57,026 nt of DNA from Gammaproteobacteria bacterium (GTDB taxonomy: Bacteria > Pseudomonadota > Gammaproteobacteria > GCA-001735895): assembly GCA_050298595.1 (NCBI GenBank), contig JBNKUM010000001.1, positions 1 to 57,026 of the forward strand. The letters are read 5' to 3'. Positions within the stretch are counted from its first letter, which is position 1, and each line of letters opens with the position of its first letter. Made by a program: the position numbers and the translations under genes. Shown piece by piece: positions 20,257 to 30,276 of this stretch. The notes beneath the pieces were generated by a model that was not told the origin of the DNA, ran no database searches, and worked only from the letters and a program-made list of their open reading frames with translations.

Positions 20257-20675
20257 TGATGAGCCATATACAGATACCCCTCGAAATTCACCACTCTTCC
20301 AGTGGCATGGCTCGGGCACTATTTAATGAATTAGCACAGCATTTACAGCAACTGGTAGATCAGGACAGCGAGCATATTGTCGATCTATTTAATCTGCCAA
20401 TTAGTGATCAGGATAAGCAGGAGCTGGAACAGTTGCTGGGCAAGGGTGAAGTTGAAATTACTCTGACCACCGTCGGTGAGAGCCGTATTTTCGAAACATC
20501 CTATAACGGCATCTGGTGGATCCGGCACTATGCAGCAGACAAATTATTGATTTCAGAGTTCATCGAAGTGTCGTGGATTCCTGAAATAATAAAGAGTCAT
20601 CCGTCAGATGTTGCGCTATCTGCGGATCGTATGAAAAAGATCATCCAGCAGGATGAAGGAGGCGAATATCTGTGA
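20256..20675 (+). CDS. Hydrogenase expression/formation protein (HupH/HyaF C-terminal-like)
   Basis: LLGKGEV…GESRIFET…GIWWIRHY…IEV..IPE pattern, inside the hydrogenase operon. Confidence 0.8.
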   Translation: MMSHIQIPLEIHHSSSGMARALFNELAQHLQQLVDQDSEHIVDLFNLPISDQDKQELEQLLGKGEVEITLTTVGESRIFETSYNGIWWIRHYAADKLLISEFIEVSWIPEIIKSHPSDVALSADRMKKIIQQDEGGEYL

Positions 20676-21769
20676 ATTATAATAAATCTGTTTTAGCTGA
20701 CGAGCTACAACGCCACGGTATCACGCGGCGAACTTTCATGAAATTTTGCAGCAGTGTTGCCTCAGCCATGGCTTTGTCGCCAGCTGCCGCTGCGCAAATG
20801 GCAGAAAAGCTGGCGCGAACTCGACGCCAATCGGTGATCTGGTTGTCGTTTCAGGAATGTACAGGCTGTACTGAATCTATCACGCGTTCACACAAGCCTA
20901 GCCTGGAAAATCTGATCTTTGACTTTATTTCGCTGGATTATCACCACACTCTGCAGGCGGCATCTGGGCATGCAGCAGAAGAAGCACGTGAACAGGCGAT
21001 GCATGAGAATGGTGGTCAATATATTCTCATTGTCGATGGTTCGATTCCTCTCAAGGATGGCGGGGTTTACTCCACTATTGCCGGTATGACTAATCTGGAT
21101 ATGCTGCAGCAGGTGGCAAAGGATGCAGCTGCTATCGTTGCGGTTGGCACCTGTGCAACATTTGGCGGGTTGCCTAAGGCATCACCGAATCCGACAGGTG
21201 CCGTTGCGGTATCTGATATCGTGACCGACAAGCCTCTTATTAATATTCCGGGCTGCCCTCCTATCCCTGTAGTAATGACCGGAGTGCTGGCGCATGTCCT
21301 GACCTTTGGTATTCCTGAGTTGGATAGCCTGCATAGACCCAAAGCATTTTACGGTGATTCTATTCATGATCGTTGCTATCGCAGGCCATTTTATGATCGC
21401 GGGCAATTTGCCAAAAGCTTTGATGATGAGGGTGCTCGTAAAGGCTGGTGCCTGTATGAGCTGGGTTGTAAGGGGCCTGTGACACACAATGCCTGTGCAA
21501 CCGTCAAATGGAACAATGGTACCTCTTTTCCGATTCAGTCAGGGCATGGCTGTATCGGATGTTCTGAGCCTGATTTCTGGGATGCCGGAGGATTTTATAA
21601 AGCGCTTTCTACGGGTAGCAATAACCCGGGTAAGTGGGCGCAGGGTGCTTTGGCAGCAGGTGTTGTTGGGGGGCTGGCTTCGGCTTACCTGAATAAAAAT
21701 ACTAAAACGACAGCTCAGAAAAATGTTCAGCCTGTGACTTTAGACGATATGGGAGGCAGTGATGAATGA
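20672..21769 (+). CDS. hynS: [NiFe]-hydrogenase small subunit (Tat-exported)
   Basis: TRRTFMK Tat motif; ECTGCTES, GTCATFGG, PGCPP, HDRCYRR, GCKGP and CIGCSEP motifs. Confidence 0.95.
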   Translation: MNYNKSVLADELQRHGITRRTFMKFCSSVASAMALSPAAAAQMAEKLARTRRQSVIWLSFQECTGCTESITRSHKPSLENLIFDFISLDYHHTLQAASGHAAEEAREQAMHENGGQYILIVDGSIPLKDGGVYSTIAGMTNLDMLQQVAKDAAAIVAVGTCATFGGLPKASPNPTGAVAVSDIVTDKPLINIPGCPPIPVVMTGVLAHVLTFGIPELDSLHRPKAFYGDSIHDRCYRRPFYDRGQFAKSFDDEGARKGWCLYELGCKGPVTHNACATVKWNNGTSFPIQSGHGCIGCSEPDFWDAGGFYKALSTGSNNPGKWAQGALAAGVVGGLASAYLNKNTKTTAQKNVQPVTLDDMGGSDE

Positions 21770-22409
21770 AGTTGAATTACTAAATTGGGCTCGTGGCCCT
21801 GGGTTGACCTATGCCATCGTATTTATGGTATTTGGACTGACCTTGAGGATTATTGAAATTCTTTCTTTGGGTCGGCCAGCAGAGCTGGCTGAAGTGCGAG
21901 CCAGTGGTGCTCGCGATGGCTTGATGATGATTCTTAAGCGTTCTATTCCCGAACCGAAAAACTGGAAATTTATTACCGCTTCCTACGTTTTTCATGTGGG
22001 GTTGTTGATCGTTATTTTCTTTTTTATTCCTCACACCCAGTTATTTCGAGATGTGTTCGGGGTGTTCTGGGGTGGCTGGCCGAGTTACATCATAGACTTC
22101 TTTACCGTACTGAGTATTGCGGCTCTGATGTATACCCTGGCTCAGCGCTTTACCGATCCAGCACGCAGAATCCTGAGTAAAATGTCTGACTATCTCGCGT
22201 GGGTAGTCACCTTTTTGCCATTGTTAACCGGGTATATGGCTTATCATCGGTTGGGTATGGATTACACCACCATGCTGGCAGTGCATATCCTGTCAGTGGA
22301 ATTATTGATGGTGGCATTACCTATCAGTAAGCTGACTCATGTGATTACCTTTACTATGTCCCGATTTTATACTGGGTCGAATAATGGACGAAGGGGGATT
22401 CAGTCATGA
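21759..22409 (+). CDS. isp1: Isp1: NarI/DsrM-like b-type cytochrome membrane subunit
   Basis: About five TM helices with conserved His residues (YVFHVG, PHTQ, AVHIL, KLTH); lies between the hydrogenase subunits. Confidence 0.8.
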   Translation: MMNEVELLNWARGPGLTYAIVFMVFGLTLRIIEILSLGRPAELAEVRASGARDGLMMILKRSIPEPKNWKFITASYVFHVGLLIVIFFFIPHTQLFRDVFGVFWGGWPSYIIDFFTVLSIAALMYTLAQRFTDPARRILSKMSDYLAWVVTFLPLLTGYMAYHRLGMDYTTMLAVHILSVELLMVALPISKLTHVITFTMSRFYTGSNNGRRGIQS

Positions 22410-23674
22410 GTACATCATTTGAGCAGGGCATTAATACGCTGAAAAAGGTCATCGATGCACCAATAGCATCGTATTTCTCCAGTTGCACTAACTGCGGTAT
22501 TTGTTCTCAGGCCTGTATCTTTTTTACCGAGACGCAGGATGCCAAATATACACCCATCCGTCGTGTCGAGCCGATGCGCAGAATCTGGGAGCAGGAGTAT
22601 ACCGTGGTGGGTAAGCTTAAAAAACTGGTTGGTCTGAGCAAGGCGGTAACTGAACAGGATTTAAAAGATAACGTCGAGCTGGCTTTCGAAAGCTGTACCA
22701 CCTGTGGCCGTTGCACCATGATGTGCCCGGTAGGTAATGACATTGTGTATATGATTCGCAGGATGCGTGAAGGCCTGACCGCTGCCGGGCTGGCCCCCCC
22801 ATCGTTACAGGCTGCCGCAGTACGTACGCTGGAGAAAGGCAGTGTAATGGGGTTCCCGATGACAACCCTGAGCGCCATGGTGATGGCGGCGGAGAAAGAA
22901 ACCGGTATCGACGTCAATATCGATGTGCCTAATGTGGATTATCTGTTGCTGTTGTCTTCAGCGGAAGTGATGCAGTTTAATGAGATTATTGGTGCTCTGG
23001 CACAGATATTTAAAGAGGCGGGGGTAACCTGGACACTGAGCTCCAAAGCACATGAAGCGGGTAATCCAGGTATGCATATGGGTGCTTCTGATATTGAAGC
23101 GATGATGATCAATCGTATTGTCGACGCTGCGGAAGAATTGAATATCAAAAATGTGATTAGCCCAGAGTGTGGACATGCTTATATGGCGATTCGTTGGGAA
23201 GGTCCAAATGTGATCGGGCGACCTTATCCTTTCAAGGTTTTTCATATTGTCGAGGTGCTGGATCAATTACGTTCTGAAGGCAAGTTGAAAACCTTGGGCA
23301 GCATGGATGAACGCCTGACTTTTCACGACCCCTGTCAAGCCGCACGCCGTGGTGGCGTCAACCAGCCGCAGCGTAACCTGTTGAATATGGTCACTTCCAA
23401 CTTTATCGAAATGAAAGATAACCAGGCCTGTAACTGGTGCTGCGGTGGCGGTGGTGGTATGAACACTATTGAAAAAGCCGAGCCGTTGATGCGTCAGGTA
23501 TTTCATCGTAAACGGCAGCAGATCGAAGAGCTCAATGTCACTACAGTGGTCACCATGTGCGCGACCTGTCGCAATACGCTGGAAGAAGGCATAGAAGAAA
23601 ATAATATGAATGTCGAGGTGCTTGGATTAACCGAGCTGGTTGCTAACCACCTGCTGAAGGAGAAAGAATTATGA
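22406..23674 (+). CDS. isp2: Isp2: HdrD/DsrK-like Fe-S oxidoreductase (CCG domains)
   Basis: CTNCGICSQAC and CTTCGRCTMMCP ferredoxin motifs; ECGH, HDPC, CCGGGGG and CATC motifs. Confidence 0.85.
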   Translation: MSTSFEQGINTLKKVIDAPIASYFSSCTNCGICSQACIFFTETQDAKYTPIRRVEPMRRIWEQEYTVVGKLKKLVGLSKAVTEQDLKDNVELAFESCTTCGRCTMMCPVGNDIVYMIRRMREGLTAAGLAPPSLQAAAVRTLEKGSVMGFPMTTLSAMVMAAEKETGIDVNIDVPNVDYLLLLSSAEVMQFNEIIGALAQIFKEAGVTWTLSSKAHEAGNPGMHMGASDIEAMMINRIVDAAEELNIKNVISPECGHAYMAIRWEGPNVIGRPYPFKVFHIVEVLDQLRSEGKLKTLGSMDERLTFHDPCQAARRGGVNQPQRNLLNMVTSNFIEMKDNQACNWCCGGGGGMNTIEKAEPLMRQVFHRKRQQIEELNVTTVVTMCATCRNTLEEGIEENNMNVEVLGLTELVANHLLKEKEL

Positions 23675-25407
23675 ATGAACGCATCGTAGTTGATCCAATT
23701 ACCCGAATCGAAGGTCATTTGCGTATCGAGGCTGAAACCGATGCCAATGGCAATATTATTGGCGCCTCCAGTGCAGGAACTATGGTTAGAGGTATTGAAA
23801 CCATACTCAAGGGTCGCGATCCACGCGATGCCTGGGCTTATGCTCAGCGTATCTGTGGTGTTTGTACTCTGGTGCATGGTATAGCATCGGTGCGTTCGGT
23901 GGAAAATGCTTTGAATTATAAAATTCCAGCCAATGCCCAGTTGATTCGTAACCTGATGATTGCCGCTCAGTATGTGCATGATCATGTGATGCATTTTTAT
24001 CATTTACATGCGCTGGACTGGGTGGATGTGGTTTCAGCATTGAATGCCGATCCAAAAGCCACTTCGCAACTGGCACAATCATTGTCCAAATGGCCTAACT
24101 CATCACCGGGTTACTTTTCTGATGTGCAGAAGAAGATCAAACAATTTGTCGACTCCGGGCAGTTAGGTATCTTCGCCAACGGTTACTGGGGGCATCCCGC
24201 TTATAAATTGCCTGCAGAAGCGAACTTGATGGCCGTGGCTCATTATCTGGAAGCACTCAGCTGGCAGCGTGATGTGGTGCAGATTCATACCATTTTTGGT
24301 GGCAAGAACCCGCATCCGAATTTTCTGGTAGGTGGTGCACCTTCACCCATTAGTGGGGTGGCTGGCGATATGGGTGCTACCGCACTGAACATCCTGGGCT
24401 TGCAGGAAATACGCAGTATCATCAATAAGATGATGGATTTTGTGAATAACGTGTATGTGCCAGATACCATTGCCATTGCTGGTTTTTACAAAGACTGGTT
24501 TAAGCGCGGTTCAGGGGTGCGTAACTTCATGACCTTTGGTGATATGCCGGAAAAAGGCATGGATGATCCCTCCAGTTACTTTATTCCGAGCGGAGCTATT
24601 CTGGATAGAGACTTATCCAGGATCCATCCGGTAGACCTGAACGATCCTGAACAGATTAAGGAATTCATTGCGCATTCGTATTATGACTACTCTTCGGGCA
24701 AGGATGTCGGTTTGCATCCCTATGATGGTGAAACCAACCTTAATTACTCCGGTCCTAAACCACCTTATGATTTTCTGGATATTGAAAATAGTTATTCATG
24801 GTTGAAGTCCCCTCGCTGGAAAGGACAGCCTATGGAGGTCGGTCCATTGGCCAGGGTGTTAATGCTTTATGTAACGGGGCATGAGCCAACTCAGGAATTA
24901 GCGGGAGCAGTATTAAAACAGCTTGATGTTCCTCTGGAGGCCATGTTCTCAACTCTGGGGCGTACTGCAGCACGTACGCTGGAAACCAAACTCATTGGTG
25001 ACCAGATGCATGTGTGGCTGGATAATCTGATCGGTAATATTAAATCCGGTGACCTTAGTGTACATAACGAAGAATTCTGGGAGCCATCATCCTGGCCATC
25101 CGAATGTCGTGGTGTCGGCTTTATGGAAGCGCCACGTGGTGCGCTAGCGCACTGGATCGTGATTAAGGATCAAAAGATTGAAAATTATCAGGCCGTTGTA
25201 CCTTCGACCTGGAATGCTGGGCCGCGCGATGCAGAGGGTCAGGATGGGCCATATGAAGCGGCATTGACAGATAATCATCAATTGTTCGATCCCAAACAGC
25301 CGGTTGAAATACTGCGCACCATACACAGCTACGATCCCTGTATAGCCTGTGCGGTGCATGTGACTGATCCTGATGGAGAGGAGTTGATTAAGGTTAAGGT
25401 CAGGTAG
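23671..25407 (+). CDS. hynL: [NiFe]-hydrogenase large subunit (group 1e arrangement)
   Basis: DPITRIEGH, L1 motif RICGVCTLVH, and L2 motif DPCIACAVH followed by a cleavable tail. Confidence 0.95.
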   Translation: MNERIVVDPITRIEGHLRIEAETDANGNIIGASSAGTMVRGIETILKGRDPRDAWAYAQRICGVCTLVHGIASVRSVENALNYKIPANAQLIRNLMIAAQYVHDHVMHFYHLHALDWVDVVSALNADPKATSQLAQSLSKWPNSSPGYFSDVQKKIKQFVDSGQLGIFANGYWGHPAYKLPAEANLMAVAHYLEALSWQRDVVQIHTIFGGKNPHPNFLVGGAPSPISGVAGDMGATALNILGLQEIRSIINKMMDFVNNVYVPDTIAIAGFYKDWFKRGSGVRNFMTFGDMPEKGMDDPSSYFIPSGAILDRDLSRIHPVDLNDPEQIKEFIAHSYYDYSSGKDVGLHPYDGETNLNYSGPKPPYDFLDIENSYSWLKSPRWKGQPMEVGPLARVLMLYVTGHEPTQELAGAVLKQLDVPLEAMFSTLGRTAARTLETKLIGDQMHVWLDNLIGNIKSGDLSVHNEEFWEPSSWPSECRGVGFMEAPRGALAHWIVIKDQKIENYQAVVPSTWNAGPRDAEGQDGPYEAALTDNHQLFDPKQPVEILRTIHSYDPCIACAVHVTDPDGEELIKVKVR

Positions 25408-25423
25408 GTTTCAATTCATTTGA

Positions 25424-25443
25424 GTGGCAAAGGGATTTGCCAC
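25424..25443. terminator. Stem-loop after hynL, between convergent genes
   Basis: GTGGCAAA-GGGA-TTTGCCAC is a perfect 8-bp stem, but there is no clear U-tract. Confidence 0.45.
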
Positions 25444-25484
25444 CGGGTTCAATGCTATTCATACTATGAGCTGAATTGCTGGCT

Positions 25485-26243
25485 TTAAAAATATAATGCT
25501 GCCGCGCTACCGCACAGCGTCATAATGAATAAAAACCATTTAAGATGCTCTGGTCTGGCCTTGATTGCAAACTTTACCCCGTGATGAGCACCGAGCATCA
25601 TGGTTGTAGCCAGTATCAATCCTGGAACCCAGCTCACCTGATCTCGCAAAATAAAGATCATCAGTGCAATACTGGTAAATCCCACTGTGCAGGCTAACTT
25701 TAATGCATTGGTTTTTACCAGGTCATAGCGTAAAGATCCAGCAAGTGCCAGGATCAGCACAAAACCGACACCGGCCTGTATAAAGCTACCATAAAAGCCA
25801 GAGATGAATAAGGTGCCCCAGGATGAGGGTGTCTTGCTCACGAGTTTGGGTATAGTACTCGGTTCAGGTAAGATGACTGATGGGCGGATCAGGATGATTA
25901 ACGACATAGTGACCATGGTGATCAATAAAACCGGTTTCAGGTAAGTGACTGGGGCATAAGATGCTACCAGCGCGCCAAGAATGCCACCTATGGATAAGGG
26001 GATAAACAGGCCTTTGATGTCATGTAATGGTAGTTGACCATGCCCGTGAAAGCTTTTAATAGCCCATACGCCCTGTAAAAAAATACCGACTCGGTTGGTC
26101 GCGTTAGCAATATCAGCAGGCATTCCAAGCACCATCAGTGCGGGCAGTGTCAAATTCGAACCTCCACCAGCTAAAACATTGATAATACCTGCGATATAGC
26201 CCAGTACCAGCAGGGTTAAGATTTGAAGCGCGCTATAATCCAT
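25485..26243 (-). CDS. TauE/SafE-family (sulfite exporter-like) membrane protein
   Basis: AGIINVLAGGGS, ANATNR and GFYGSFIQAGVG motifs. Confidence 0.88.
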   Translation of the reverse strand: MDYSALQILTLLVLGYIAGIINVLAGGGSNLTLPALMVLGMPADIANATNRVGIFLQGVWAIKSFHGHGQLPLHDIKGLFIPLSIGGILGALVASYAPVTYLKPVLLITMVTMSLIILIRPSVILPEPSTIPKLVSKTPSSWGTLFISGFYGSFIQAGVGFVLILALAGSLRYDLVKTNALKLACTVGFTSIALMIFILRDQVSWVPGLILATTMMLGAHHGVKFAIKARPEHLKWFLFIMTLCGSAAALYF

Positions 26244-26261
26244 ACCAGTAATTCTCAGTGA

Positions 26262-27698
26262 TTATTTTGGTGGGTGATTTTTTTTTGCAAGAAATGTTAA
26301 AGCCTTACTACTGGTAATAACGATATGCTTAAATTGATCGAATAGTTCCTTATTTAAGTCTTCGCTTGAATTACTACGGTCAACATAAATGATGCCGATT
26401 GCCTTATCGTTGATAAAAAGTGACATAGAAAAAAAATTATTCGTCATGGTGCTGGCCAGAAAGCTTTGCGGGATTATTTTGTGATATTTGGCAAAGGTAT
26501 TGGCGTTGATCCATATGGCCTGAGGTTTAGTCAGCAATGCCTTTAGCAAGCCAGCCTTACTGACTCCTATTTTAAAGTGTCGAAGCGGTGATTCTGGGCT
26601 CAGCCCAATATTCATCCTGCTTTGCAGGTTTTCTCGATCTTTAGATAAAAGTATCAGACTAACTCTGGTGAATCCGAGTTTGTCGTGCAGGCCATGGATG
26701 CAAGCATTGAGAATTTGAGACTGGCTGGTTTTCGGGGTTTTTAACAGATCCCTGATTTCTTTGAGTATAATTTCATATCCAGCGGAAGTGATATTTTCTG
26801 AGGCGCTTTGAGATATTTCTTCAACCACTGGTTCGGGTTTTTTGATATCAGGCAGAAGAATTAGTCTCGCTGCTGCATGCCAGGAATCTTTCAGGAGTGT
26901 GTTTCGTGCTGCCTGTACAGAATTTTGATGGATCTCTCTAATAACCTTGTCTAGCGGTAATCTCAGGTATTCAGCAAATTTTTGCTGGGTTTCTAGCATT
27001 TGATCGCTGTACCAGTCATCCTGGCTGTATTTGCATATCAAAGAGAGGAATTTAATGAGTTGAGCGCGTTTACCAGTGTCATCTTGAATGGGTATGGCTC
27101 TAAGCATAAGACTTGGCAGGTTGAATTTGTTGGCTATGCTGAGAGTAAGTTCGTCAAATTTAAAACCAAAAACTTTCTCCTCGCTGCTTTCATTATGCGC
27201 GGTGAGAAAATATTTCTGGTAGTTATCAAAGTCATAGGTACAGCAAAGTAATTCACCAATATAGGCTAATAAACCTGTGAGTTTTATCGGTTCTATCTGC
27301 GTGTAGCCAGTCATCCGGGCCCATTTTTCAGTTTGTTCTTCATTGTGAAAGCTGCGGTTGATGATTTGCAGGAAGTGTAAAAATTGTTCGGGTTTCTGGA
27401 GTTGCTCCTCAGCCACAGGAGTGTTTTCAAACAGTATGCGCGTGGTATGTTCACCTAATAGGGAAATAGCTGATTGCGGCGATTCGACTGGATCACGGTT
27501 TGATGTTGAGTTATGGTTTGAATTAACCTTTATTAATAGCCCTAAAGATAGCCCCGGATCTCGTGTCGATATTTGAACCAGATTATGTGCCTGATGTTCA
27601 TTCTCGAGTAACTCAATAATTTCATTGTGATGAATAGCAAGAGCTGGAATGATATGGGAGTGTTTCTGCATCCATTGCTGAGCTTTTTCGATGGACAT
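26262..27698 (-). CDS. HDOD-domain protein with C-terminal GAF-like domain
   Basis: RDPGLSLGLLIKVN…AISLLG and GLLAYIGEL (HDOD); C-terminal FSMSLFINDKAIGIIYVD (GAF-like). Confidence 0.75.
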   Translation of the reverse strand: MSIEKAQQWMQKHSHIIPALAIHHNEIIELLENEHQAHNLVQISTRDPGLSLGLLIKVNSNHNSTSNRDPVESPQSAISLLGEHTTRILFENTPVAEEQLQKPEQFLHFLQIINRSFHNEEQTEKWARMTGYTQIEPIKLTGLLAYIGELLCCTYDFDNYQKYFLTAHNESSEEKVFGFKFDELTLSIANKFNLPSLMLRAIPIQDDTGKRAQLIKFLSLICKYSQDDWYSDQMLETQQKFAEYLRLPLDKVIREIHQNSVQAARNTLLKDSWHAAARLILLPDIKKPEPVVEEISQSASENITSAGYEIILKEIRDLLKTPKTSQSQILNACIHGLHDKLGFTRVSLILLSKDRENLQSRMNIGLSPESPLRHFKIGVSKAGLLKALLTKPQAIWINANTFAKYHKIIPQSFLASTMTNNFFSMSLFINDKAIGIIYVDRSNSSEDLNKELFDQFKHIVITSSKALTFLAKKNHPPK

Positions 27699-27740
27699 TA
27701 ATCAGGGTGTCTTATAATGATTAAGATAGATTATCGGGTA

Positions 27741-28313
27741 TTATGCTTCTTCAAACCTTGATGCTCCTAATGCCAGAAGTTGTTTACCATGAATATGTTT
27801 TACCAGAATTTCACGGTCAGCTTCGTGGATATGTTCAAAGTCCAGAGCTATTTTGTAGTGTCCCTGTTCGTCTTCTGTAGGTTCGCAGTTAACAACTCGG
27901 GCAAATACGAGTATTTTCTGTTTGCCGGGATTAAGCTTCAGGTGTAACTCGAGGATGTCCCCCACATTGGCTGATTCTTCAGATAAAAATGATATTCCCT
28001 GTGCACTCAGGTTCACCCGTTTTTCCAGGGTTGTGAATTTGTCTTCGTCCTGAAATATTTTATCGGTCAGAATATCTAGCTGCTCTTGGAGCATGCCAAG
28101 ATAACGGCCGAGCTCAGGCATCTTTATGCTGATTTTTCTTAAGTCAGTCCGGTGTTGTTCGAGCTTGAAATTGAATTCATTACGTATCGAAAATTGCTGT
28201 GGGTCGTTCCAGAAATTTTCAAGTTTTTCAGGGACTTTCTGTTCATCGATAACCTCGGCTTTCATACTGACAATATCTTCGATACGGAAAAAGCGTCTTC
28301 TTTCCTGCGTCAT
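27741..28313 (-). CDS. PilZ-domain c-di-GMP receptor
   Basis: ERRRFFR (RxxxR) and NLSAQG (D/NxSxxG) motifs. Confidence 0.85.
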   Translation of the reverse strand: MTQERRRFFRIEDIVSMKAEVIDEQKVPEKLENFWNDPQQFSIRNEFNFKLEQHRTDLRKISIKMPELGRYLGMLQEQLDILTDKIFQDEDKFTTLEKRVNLSAQGISFLSEESANVGDILELHLKLNPGKQKILVFARVVNCEPTEDEQGHYKIALDFEHIHEADREILVKHIHGKQLLALGASRFEEA

Positions 28314-28319
28314 GTCTAA

Positions 28320-29219
28320 TTACTCCTTAACAAAGTCAACATTTGCGGATGGTGACTCTACATAGATAGGTTCGTAATTGCCGTGCAGTATACTGATTTC
28401 TACACGTCTATTTTTCGAGCGATTTTCCCAGCTATCATTAGGCACCAGAGGCTGATTATCTGCGTGCGCCTGAATTTCCATACGTTCAGGGTCGATTCCT
28501 CCATATTCAATAAAAAAGTGCACTACACTAGCGGCACGTTTGGCTGAAAGATCCCAGTTTGAGCGGAATTGGGAGGTATTTATAGGGATGTCATCGGTAT
28601 GACCAGCGATAATAAAGTGGCCATCGCGTTGCTTTAGGACGTTTGCTATTTGCTTCAGGATGGGGGTGAATGCTGGCTTAAGGTCGGAGTCACCTGATCC
28701 AAAGGAGCCTTTTTCTCGAATTCGAATCAAAACTCGGTCGTTGAACCCTTCAACTTCAAGTAAACCTTCGCCTATAGCTTCAGCCATTTCTTTTTTTAAT
28801 TCCTCTGCTTCTTCCTTGGCCTGCTGTCTGGCCTTAATCTGAGCTAAAGCTTCTGCATCAGCCAGTATCTTGTCGTTGACTGAAGACGTATCAGTAAAAT
28901 CCAGATTAGTCTTCATATCATCGATGGTTTTTTCGCGCATTAGTTCTAACGGTGTCACTTCAGTAGGCTTGCCGGGGCTATATTCTTTGGCGATAATACT
29001 GGTACCTTTTGGGATTTCAGTGGCTCTGATGTCGCGTTGCACACCGAATGCATTCTTCATGGCGCCGGCCACTTCTTTGTACTTGAGAACATCCATTTCT
29101 GAGAAAGAAAGTAGTAATACGAAGAAGCACATCAACAAAGACATCATGTCGGCAAAGGTGGCCATCCAGGGGGGCAGGCCGGGTTCACAGACTGGACAAT
29201 CGTTTTCTTCACTCATCAA
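28320..29219 (-). CDS. pomB: Flagellar stator protein PomB/MotB
   Basis: WMATFADMMSLLMCFFVLL TM segment with the conserved Asp; OmpA-like domain (GHTDDIP, NWDLSAKRA, NRRVEI). Confidence 0.9.
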   Translation of the reverse strand: MMSEENDCPVCEPGLPPWMATFADMMSLLMCFFVLLLSFSEMDVLKYKEVAGAMKNAFGVQRDIRATEIPKGTSIIAKEYSPGKPTEVTPLELMREKTIDDMKTNLDFTDTSSVNDKILADAEALAQIKARQQAKEEAEELKKEMAEAIGEGLLEVEGFNDRVLIRIREKGSFGSGDSDLKPAFTPILKQIANVLKQRDGHFIIAGHTDDIPINTSQFRSNWDLSAKRAASVVHFFIEYGGIDPERMEIQAHADNQPLVPNDSWENRSKNRRVEISILHGNYEPIYVESPSANVDFVKE

Positions 29220-29230
29220 GATAGCCTTGC

Positions 29231-29983
29231 CTATTCTTCTTCTCGCTTACCTTCTGGCAGGAAAGCACTCAGCAGTTGTTTCATGACTCGGGGGTTGGTG
29301 CCATCCTGAATGGCAGAGATAGACTCCAGTATCAGTGATTTATTCAATTTTTCCGACGCACTGATCAGTAATAGTTTTTCTGCCAATGGAGAAGCAAATG
29401 CGTTCGCAATAACCGCGCCATATAAAGTAGTAAGTAGCGCTACCGCCATTGCTGGACCAATTGCAGCAGGATCGCTCATATTGGATAGCATCTGTACCAG
29501 ACCTATCAGTGTGCCTATCATACCCAATGCGGGGGCATAAGTAGCCATGGCCTTGAACATATCAGCACCTTTGGCATGTCGCTCAATAGTTAGATTAATG
29601 TCTTTGGATAATAATTTATTGACGATTTCAGGGGAGTGTCCATCTATGCATAACCCTATGCCTCGTTGTAGAAAAGGGTTGCTTATTTCACGTCCTTCCA
29701 GTGCAAGAAGGCCTTCCTTACGCGCAATTTGGGCCATTTCAACCGCTTCCTCAATTAGACTGGTTGGATTATCCATTTTGTACATAAAAGCTTTCATACC
29801 AACCTTGAAGGAGCCCAGGAAGTCAGCCAGGGTGACGCGCATCAGGGTAACGCCAAATGTTCCGCCGATGACGATCAGGATGGACGGTAAATTAACGAAG
29901 ATTATGATAGGCCCACCAACAGCTATCGCTGAAATAATGATGCCAAAAGCCGAAATAACGCCGACTAGACTTGCAATGTCCAC
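29231..29983 (-). CDS. pomA: Flagellar stator protein PomA/MotA
   Basis: ARKEGLLALE, APALGMIGTLIGLVQML and GPAMAVALLTTLYG motifs. Confidence 0.92.
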   Translation of the reverse strand: MDIASLVGVISAFGIIISAIAVGGPIIIFVNLPSILIVIGGTFGVTLMRVTLADFLGSFKVGMKAFMYKMDNPTSLIEEAVEMAQIARKEGLLALEGREISNPFLQRGIGLCIDGHSPEIVNKLLSKDINLTIERHAKGADMFKAMATYAPALGMIGTLIGLVQMLSNMSDPAAIGPAMAVALLTTLYGAVIANAFASPLAEKLLLISASEKLNKSLILESISAIQDGTNPRVMKQLLSAFLPEGKREEE

Positions 29984-30146
29984 TGATAAAGCTCCAACGT
30001 AAATGTTTTAGGTTTAACGAATAGTTTAGACGATTCTATCGGTTTTTTAATTTTCACGGCATTATGGTATGGAAGTCGTTGTATTACAATTCATATGCGA
30101 TCAAGCTCCATTGTGCGAATTAAATAAACGATTCCTGTGGTAAATA

Positions 30147-30209
30147 TTGATTCAGATCGATTTTGTTAAAATAGATTAATTGGAAAGAGTTGCAGTTGAC
30201 TTAAGTCAT
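30147..30209. promoter_or_regulatory. Two FNR-like boxes upstream of hemN
   Basis: TTGATtcagATCGA (30147-30160) and TTGACttaaGTCAT (30196-30209). Confidence 0.6.
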
Positions 30210-30276
30210 TTGTCAATACGGACTAATTTCTAAAATGGACGCCAATTAACTGTTATGCTAGGAAAACTTTATCATC

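Noticed and set aside
25425-25440. Sigma-54 promoter-like TGGCA…TTGC
   Set aside because: GG-to-GC spacing is 11 rather than 10, and it lies between convergent genes; better explained as a stem-loop.
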